Assembly (NCBI GenBank): GCA_039589315.1
Contig: JBDHHQ010000089.1
Span: 1-17,792 of the forward strand
Source: Gemmatimonadota bacterium
GTDB lineage: Bacteria; Gemmatimonadota; Gemmatimonadetes; Longimicrobiales; Gaopeijiaceae
Length of the DNA: 17,792 nucleotides
Direction of reading: 5' to 3'
Made by a program: the position numbers and the translations under genes
Shown: in pieces, positions 1-5,910 of the stretch
Layout of the letters: every line of letters starts with the position of its first letter
Position numbering within the stretch: position 1 is the stretch's first letter
The notes under the pieces: generated by a model
Told to the model about the DNA's origin: nothing
Databases searched by the model: none
The model's input: only the letters and a program-made list of their open reading frames with translations

Positions 1-1
1 C

Positions 2-1816
2 GTCTTCATCGACCCGGATCCGGACCCGGCCTCCTCGTTCGCCGAACGGAAGCGACTGTTCGAGCTGGGTCGGTCGAGTTGGGACGACTACGACCGCAGT
101 GCCTTGAGTCCCGGCGGCATGATCGTCGATCGTGGGGTGAAGCAGGTGGACCTGAGCGCCGAGGCGCGAGCGGCCCTGGGCATCGAAGGTGACACGGAGG
201 AGATGGATGGGGAGGCGCTCGTACGCAGTGTGCTGCGGGCACCAGCGGAGCTTCTCTGGAACGGGGGAATCGGCACCTACGTCAAAGCCTCCACCGAGAT
301 CCACGCTGACGTGGGCGATCCGTCCAACGACGCGGTTCGGATCGACCTGCCCGAGCTCCGCGTGGAGGTCGTCGGCGAGGGCGGGAACCTGGGGCTCACC
401 CAGGCAGCCCGCATCGAATACGCGCTGCGCGGCGGACGGATCAACACGGACGCGCTGGACAATTCGGGCGGTGTGGACCTGTCGGACCGGGAGGTCAACC
501 TCAAGATCCTCCTGAATCCCGGGACCGAGGCGTCGATGAGCCAGCGCAACGCACTCCTGGTGGATCTCACCGACGCAGTGGCCGCCCTGGTTCTCAAGGA
601 CAACGAGTCCCAGAGCATGGCGATCTCCCTGGACGAGATCCGCGCCCGGGAGTCGGCCGACGACTTCAGGGGACTCATGTCCGGCCTCGAACGGGCCGGA
701 GAGCTGGATCGGCAGGCCGAGCACCTGCCCACCCTAGAGGCCCTGGTGGAGCGGATGGAGGGCGGTAAGACCCTCTGCCGCCCCGAGCTGTGCGTGCTGC
801 TCGCCTACGCGAAGCTGAACCTGAAGGGCCACATCCTGAGGAGTCCGCTCCCCGACGACCTCGCCGCGACCAGCTACCTGTTGGGGTACTTCCCTGCCGC
901 GGCGGTGCGAGCGGCAGGCTCCCGCAACCTCAACAGCCACCGCCTGCGGCGGGAGATCATCGCGAGTCAGCTCACCAACGACCTCGTGGACACGATGGGA
1001 GCCGCCTTCGTTCAGCGGATCGTCAGTGACACCGGCAGCCGGCCGGAAGAGGTGGCCCGAGCCTGGCTGGTTGCCGCTCGTCTGTCGGGCCACCGGGCCA
1101 TTGTCGAGCGGCTGCGGTCCCAGCGGTCGAACCTGACCACCAACGTGGCCTACCGCTGGCTCATGGGACTCGCCAGGGTGCTGGAACGGACCACTCGCTG
1201 GGTGTTGGCCAACGTGGATGCGTCGGAGTCCACGGCCGGCATCGTGGACGAGAGCCTGGACGGGCTCGCGGCACTCCGCCGTCGTTTCGGTGAGATCGTG
1301 GCGGGAGAGGACCGAGGCGACTTCTTCGAACGGGTGCAGGAGATCCAGGAGCTCGGCGCGGACGAGGAGTCCGCGAAGAGCCTCGTGACGCTCCGGTACC
1401 TGGACCACCTGCTGGACGTGCTTCGCGTGGCGAAGGACACGGACGGTGACCCGCTGGACTCGGCGCGGGCCTACTACCGCGTGTCAGAGCTGCTGCAGCT
1501 GCCCTGGCTGCGGCGGTCGATCTTCGACGTCGCCGAGGACGATCGCTGGGAGCAGCGCGCGGCTCAGGCCCTCATGGAGGACCTGAACCGTGCGCACCAC
1601 CGTATGGCCGCGCGCGTCATGGTGGTGCGGCGTTCCAGTGACGACGTGGACGCCGCCGTCGAGGAGCTCCAGCAGTCGATATCCCGGGAGTGGGCTCGAT
1701 ACGCCGAGCTCGTCGAAGAAGTCCGATCCGAGGAGTACCTGAGTCTGGCCGGCCTATCCGTCGTGGTCCGTGAGGCGACGGTGTTGGCCGGGCGGAACGG
1801 ACGCCCGGAAGCCTAG
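2..1816 (+). CDS. gdhB: Large NAD-specific glutamate dehydrogenase (bacterial GdhB/GDH2 type), 5'-truncated by window edge
   Basis: Frame is open from base 2 (VFIDPDPDPASSFAERKRLF...SSWDDY). Motifs LLWNGGIGTYVK, VVGEGGNLGLTQ.ARIEY, INTDALDNSGGVD.SD.EVNLKI, PEL.VLLAYAK and HRLRREII are typical of this family. Stop TAG at 1814-1816. Confidence 0.95.
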   Translation, partial: VFIDPDPDPASSFAERKRLFELGRSSWDDYDRSALSPGGMIVDRGVKQVDLSAEARAALGIEGDTEEMDGEALVRSVLRAPAELLWNGGIGTYVKASTEIHADVGDPSNDAVRIDLPELRVEVVGEGGNLGLTQAARIEYALRGGRINTDALDNSGGVDLSDREVNLKILLNPGTEASMSQRNALLVDLTDAVAALVLKDNESQSMAISLDEIRARESADDFRGLMSGLERAGELDRQAEHLPTLEALVERMEGGKTLCRPELCVLLAYAKLNLKGHILRSPLPDDLAATSYLLGYFPAAAVRAAGSRNLNSHRLRREIIASQLTNDLVDTMGAAFVQRIVSDTGSRPEEVARAWLVAARLSGHRAIVERLRSQRSNLTTNVAYRWLMGLARVLERTTRWVLANVDASESTAGIVDESLDGLAALRRRFGEIVAGEDRGDFFERVQEIQELGADEESAKSLVTLRYLDHLLDVLRVAKDTDGDPLDSARAYYRVSELLQLPWLRRSIFDVAEDDRWEQRAAQALMEDLNRAHHRMAARVMVVRRSSDDVDAAVEELQQSISREWARYAELVEEVRSEEYLSLAGLSVVVREATVLAGRNGRPEA

Positions 1817-1833
1817 TCGGACCGTAGGGGCCG

Positions 1834-2298
1834 TTATCCTACGGCCTTGGCCACCGCGTCGACGTACTTGTCGACATTCGCGAGCACTTTGACGAGGTCC
1901 TTGCGAGCTTCGGCCGCCGCGATGTCGGAGGCGAAACTGAGGAACTGCGCGCGTACCTCGTCCCGGTCCACGGAGCGTTCGGCAGCCGGCGCCGAAGCCG
2001 GCGCTGCGGTCCGACGGGTGCGTCGGGGCCGACCTGGCTTCCTACCTGCCGCTGCGGCGCGCCGCGTGCGGGGCTTTCTCGGGGCGGCCTTGGCGTCAGG
2101 CTTCTTCTTGGCGCCCGCTCCCGGCTTGCGGCGCTTGATCTGCAGGACGTAACGCGCGTTGAACTGGCGCTTGGTCAGGGGGCCAACGCTCGGGTACTTC
2201 TTTTTCACCTGGTTCTGAAGCTCTTCCGTTGTGGCGGCAGGGTTCTTCTTCAGTGCCGCCTCGACCATGCCCAGGATCTTCTCTTTGTTATCGGCCAC
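1834..2298 (-). CDS. Small Lys/Arg/Ala/Pro-rich protein (154 aa), candidate histone-like nucleoid-associated protein
   Basis: GTG start at 2298 with GAGGAG RBS 9 nt upstream. Helical N-terminal domain (KILGMVEAALKKNP...RQFNARYVLQIKRR), basic low-complexity linker containing RKPGRPRR, amphipathic helical C-terminus. The ORF-track extension to 2499 runs through promoter-like AT-rich DNA. Confidence 0.8.
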   Translation of the reverse strand: MADNKEKILGMVEAALKKNPAATTEELQNQVKKKYPSVGPLTKRQFNARYVLQIKRRKPGAGAKKKPDAKAAPRKPRTRRAAAAGRKPGRPRRTRRTAAPASAPAAERSVDRDEVRAQFLSFASDIAAAEARKDLVKVLANVDKYVDAVAKAVG

Positions 2299-2307
2299 CG
2301 GGGGGAT

Positions 2308-2313
2308 CTCCTC
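2308..2313 (-). promoter_or_regulatory. Shine-Dalgarno site of the basic protein gene
   Basis: + strand ctcctc reads GAGGAG on the minus strand, 9 nt before GTG at 2298. Confidence 0.75.
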
Positions 2314-2343
2314 TCGACTGATTATCTGGAAGCAAGCGTCGCC

Positions 2344-2372
2344 AATAGAACGGCCAGGTGTCGGGTTGTCAA
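2344..2372 (-). promoter_or_regulatory. Putative sigma70-type promoter for the basic protein gene
   Basis: Minus strand TTGACA (2372-2367), 17 nt spacer, TCTATT (2349-2344), inside a conspicuously AT-rich intergenic patch. The -10 box is imperfect. Confidence 0.5.
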
Positions 2373-2726
2373 TTGAGAGCGAATTTACGGCGCACATTGA
2401 TAGTCGACATATTCGCGACGTATTTCGATCGTGCCTCCGCTCCACCTCACCCCCCGCACACGAGGCATAGGCCCGAGTTGGCGCCGAGCATCCGCCCAAT
2501 CATCTTCCGTCGCGGAGCGGACCCCCTCCGGAGGAGTGCACAACCGCCACGCCGCCGTCTGGGTCGGCGGTGCGGACAGGATCGCAACGAAGAGCCGGCC
2601 GCACCGAAGCGGATCGGCTGGACTGGCAGGGCAACTGGCCGGGCCCTATCGTGAATCCCGGCAACCGGCGGGCTCGTAGGGATCGAGCCGCACTGGAACC
2701 GCCCTGAAAGTCGGAGAGGTGGAGAC

Positions 2727-3044
2727 ATGGATCCGGCAGTGATCGACATTCTCGCACCCATGCTGTTCGCCGTCGTTCTGACGCTCACCGTCGGCGGCGT
2801 GATACTCCTGAAGCCCATCTCGGGCAAGATCGGCGATTTGCTCGAGGCCATGGCCGAGGAGCGCAAGAACCCGTCCCTGGCCGCGGAGCTCAACCAGCTC
2901 AGGGGACAGCTCGACACCATGAGCTCGCGAATGGCGTTGCTGGAGGAGCGCCAGGATTTCCATGAGAAGCTCATGGAGTCCCCGAGCCGTCTGCCCGCCA
3001 TCGAGTCCGGCTCCGGGGGGGCGACGGCTCCGCCGACCGGGTAG
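2727..3044 (+). CDS. Small membrane-anchored coiled-coil protein (105 aa), PspB-like architecture
   Basis: GGAG/GAGG RBS before ATG. One hydrophobic segment (ILAPMLFAVVLTLTVGGVILL) followed by a heptad-like helix ELNQLRGQLDTMSSRMALLEERQDFHEKLM. Confidence 0.8.
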   Translation: MDPAVIDILAPMLFAVVLTLTVGGVILLKPISGKIGDLLEAMAEERKNPSLAAELNQLRGQLDTMSSRMALLEERQDFHEKLMESPSRLPAIESGSGGATAPPTG

Positions 3045-3197
3045 AGGCGGCGAGTCCGCCGGGCCGGCCGAGGTCTCTGATTCGGCCACGGCCCAGATAC
3101 GGGAACTTCCACGCCCGAACCGACTACGCACTGTGCGAAGTCCGGGGCGGTCGGCAGATCCCCCGGCCAACAACCCGAGGCGACCAGTAAGAGGCCC

Positions 3198-4031
3198 ATG
3201 TCAAAGACGATCGTGCGCGTGGGAGATGTGGCGTGCGGTGACGATCAACTCTTCCTCATCTCGGGCCCGTGCGTGATCGAGGACGAGACCGTCATGCTCC
3301 GAACGGCCGAGGAGCTGGCGCGGGTGTCCGATGCACTGGACGTGCCCGTCATCTACAAGTCCTCGTTCACCAAGGACAATCGGAGCTCGCTGTCGTATTA
3401 CACGGGCCCGGGCATGGAAGACGGTCTCAGGACGCTGGCCCGGATCCGCGACGAGTTCGGCTTTCCGATACTCTCGGATATCCACCACCCAGACCAGGCG
3501 GCCCCCTCCGGTGAAGTACTGGATGTGATCCAGATACCGGCGTATCTGTGCATGCAGTCCGAGTTGATGGTCGCAGCAGCTCGGACCGGGAGAGCCGTGA
3601 ACATCAAGCACGGCCAGTTCCTCGCGCCGGAAAACATGACCAAGCCGATCCAGAAGTGCCTGGATTCGGGCAATGACCAGGTCATCTTGACCGAGCGAGG
3701 CTACACCTTCGGCTACAACGATCTTATAGTTGACCCGCGGAGCTTCTATCAACTCCAACAGACCGGCTATCCGGTGGTCTTTGACATAACCCACTCGATC
3801 CGCCGCTATGGGATCCCCAGCGCGGACCCCAGCGGAGGGGCCAGGGAGTTCCTACCGACGATTGCCCGAGCCGGCGTCGCGGCGGGTGTGGATGGTGTCT
3901 TCATCGAGACACACCCCGAACCGTCGAGTGCTCTTTGTGATGCCGCGAGCCAGCTCTCCGTATTCGACCTGGAGAGCTTCCTCGTCCCCCTGCTGGAGCT
4001 CCACAGCGTCGAAGTCTTGCACCGTGGGTAG
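3198..4031 (+). CDS. kdsA: 3-deoxy-8-phosphooctulonate (KDO8P) synthase family protein, metal-dependent type, divergent
   Basis: Motifs SGPCVIE, YKSSF.K.NRSS, QIPA.LC.Q, NIK.GQFLAP, TERG.TFGYNDL.VD.R, FD.THS, GG.REF, G.F.ETHPEP..ALCD. The Cys/His/Glu/Asp metal ligands are present. Confidence 0.9.
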   Translation: MSKTIVRVGDVACGDDQLFLISGPCVIEDETVMLRTAEELARVSDALDVPVIYKSSFTKDNRSSLSYYTGPGMEDGLRTLARIRDEFGFPILSDIHHPDQAAPSGEVLDVIQIPAYLCMQSELMVAAARTGRAVNIKHGQFLAPENMTKPIQKCLDSGNDQVILTERGYTFGYNDLIVDPRSFYQLQQTGYPVVFDITHSIRRYGIPSADPSGGAREFLPTIARAGVAAGVDGVFIETHPEPSSALCDAASQLSVFDLESFLVPLLELHSVEVLHRG

Positions 4032-4091
4032 CCCTGAAACGGATTGTCCGCCGCGCGGGACTGGAGAAGCCGATCCGAACCGGAATCGACC

Positions 4092-5096
4092 ATGGAACTA
4101 TATCTGGACAGCGCCGACCTCGCGGAAATCGAAGAGGCCTTCAAGCTCGGCTTCCTGGATGGCCTCACGACCACACCCACCTTCATGCACCGGCATGGGG
4201 TGACGGACACGGACGGTCTGGTCCTGAGGTTGGCCGAGATCGTTCCCGTTCTTCAGGTGGAGGCGCTGGGCGAGACCGCGGACCAGATCCACGGCGAGGC
4301 TCACCGTCTGCTGGATCTGGGACTGGACCGGGAGCGGACCGTCTTCAAGATCCCCGTCTCACTCGAGGGCGTCCGGGCCTGCAAGATGCTCAGGGACGAG
4401 GACTTCCTGGTGAATGTGCACCTGGTGTATACCCTGCAGCAGGCGTATATGGCCATGCACGCGGGCGCGACCTATGTGTGCCCGCTGGTGGGTCGTCTTC
4501 AGGATCAGGGGCACGACGCCCTCGATCTGGTCCGCCAGATCGTGGACGCGGTGGTATACTACGGGTACGCCACCAAGGTCATGTTCTCGTCGGTGCGACA
4601 TCCCGAGCACGTTCGGAACGCGCTCAACCTCGGCGTCCATACCATCACCGCCCCCTGGCGCGTCCTGGCTCGGCTGACGGAGAACAACTTCACCACGGTG
4701 GGTGCCGACCAGTTCTTCAAGCACACGCGTCTGCTCACCAAGACGGTGGCCGACGTCATGAGCAGCGTGAACCCACTGGTTGACTCGGAGACGACCCTCC
4801 AGGAAGCCATCGTGAAGATGACCGAGTACGGATTCGGATGCGTGACCGTCGTGAACGGAGACGGGAGCCTCTCGGGTGTGTTCACCGACGGGGATCTTCG
4901 TCGATTGCTCGAGAAGAACGGCCGTGAGGTCCTGAGCCGCAGGATGGCCGACCTCGTCTACAACGAGCCCATCAGCGTGGAGGCGGGCACGCTGCTCCAG
5001 CGGGCCGAGGAGCTGTTCCACGAGCACAAGGTGGACAACCTCCTCGTGCTGAGGAACGGGGCCCCGGTGGGGATGTTGGACATCCAGGATCTCTGA
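4092..5096 (+). CDS. Fusion of transaldolase/fructose-6-phosphate-aldolase family barrel (aa 1 to ~216) and KdsD/GutQ-type CBS pair (aa ~217-334)
   Basis: N-terminal MELYLDSA..EI, DGLTTTP, VFKIPVSLEG (Schiff-base Lys86), AGATYV.P.VGR, SSVRHPEHV. C-terminal TVADVM...GVFTDGDLRR...VGMLDIQDL. ATG at 4092 aligns with the family N-terminus. Confidence 0.9.
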   Translation: MELYLDSADLAEIEEAFKLGFLDGLTTTPTFMHRHGVTDTDGLVLRLAEIVPVLQVEALGETADQIHGEAHRLLDLGLDRERTVFKIPVSLEGVRACKMLRDEDFLVNVHLVYTLQQAYMAMHAGATYVCPLVGRLQDQGHDALDLVRQIVDAVVYYGYATKVMFSSVRHPEHVRNALNLGVHTITAPWRVLARLTENNFTTVGADQFFKHTRLLTKTVADVMSSVNPLVDSETTLQEAIVKMTEYGFGCVTVVNGDGSLSGVFTDGDLRRLLEKNGREVLSRRMADLVYNEPISVEAGTLLQRAEELFHEHKVDNLLVLRNGAPVGMLDIQDL

Positions 5097-5199
5097 GCCG
5101 GGTCACCATGCCGACGTCACTCCTCACCATCGTGCGCAGCTCCGGCGCCGCAGGCTCATCGGCGGGCGCGTCCGCCGGCTTGTTTCCGGGCAGGTCGCG

Positions 5200-5910
5200 G
5201 TGAGCCTCCGCACAGAGGAGTGGTTCCAGCGGCTCGGCGGGGAGCTTGTCTCACCCCTCGAGGACATTCGCCGGCGCCTTGGGGGGATTCGCGCGTTCGT
5301 ATTCGACTGGGACGGTGTGTTCAACGCCGGCGCCAAGGGGGAAGGTGCGCCCAGCCCGTTCTCCGAGGCCGATTCGATGGGGCAGAACCTGCTCCGCTTC
5401 GGCTGGTGGCTACGCGACGGCGGATCCATGCCTGCTACCGCCGTGCTCACGGGTCAGCACAACCCCTCGGCGGTCCAGTTCGCGCGGCGCGAGCGGTTCC
5501 ACGCCGTGTACCAGGGGTTCCTCGACAAGCGGGTGGCGCTGGAGCACTTCATGGAGACTTCCGGGTTGACCCCACGAAGCGTCGCCTTCTTCTTCGACGA
5601 TGCGCTGGATCTGCCGGTGGCCGAGCGTGTAGGCTTGCGGGTGCTGGTTCGGCGGGCGGCCTCGCCTCTCTTCCAGCGTCATGTCGTCGACGCGGGCGCG
5701 GCGGACTACGTCACCGGCCGCGAGGGCGGGGAGCACGCGGTCCGGGAGGCGGCAGAGCTGCTGCTGGGGCTGTCGGACCTGTATGCACGGGTCATCACGG
5801 AGCGGGCGGCGTTCGGGGACGCGTACGGAGCCTATTTTGCTGAGCGCCAGGGGCAGCCGGTACAAGTGTACCGCTCGAGCGAGGGGGACGTGGAGCCGGT
5901 CGAGGAATGA
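5200..5910 (+). CDS. HAD-superfamily phosphatase, KdsC (KDO8P phosphatase)-like with terminal extensions
   Basis: FDWDGV (motif I), VLTG (motif II), YQG..DK (motif III), FDDALD (motif IV variant) and the KdsC-type tail ADYVT..EGG..AVRE..ELLL. Confidence 0.85.
   Translation: MSLRTEEWFQRLGGELVSPLEDIRRRLGGIRAFVFDWDGVFNAGAKGEGAPSPFSEADSMGQNLLRFGWWLRDGGSMPATAVLTGQHNPSAVQFARRERFHAVYQGFLDKRVALEHFMETSGLTPRSVAFFFDDALDLPVAERVGLRVLVRRAASPLFQRHVVDAGAADYVTGREGGEHAVREAAELLLGLSDLYARVITERAAFGDAYGAYFAERQGQPVQVYRSSEGDVEPVEE

Noticed and set aside
3102..3130. GGAACTT as an RpoE-type promoter for kdsA
   Set aside because: No matching -10 element at the expected spacing.
4092..5096. Naming the gene tal, fsa or kdsD
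   Set aside because: It has no SIS domain, so it is not kdsD. The active-site residues and CBS fusion fit neither canonical TAL nor FSA.
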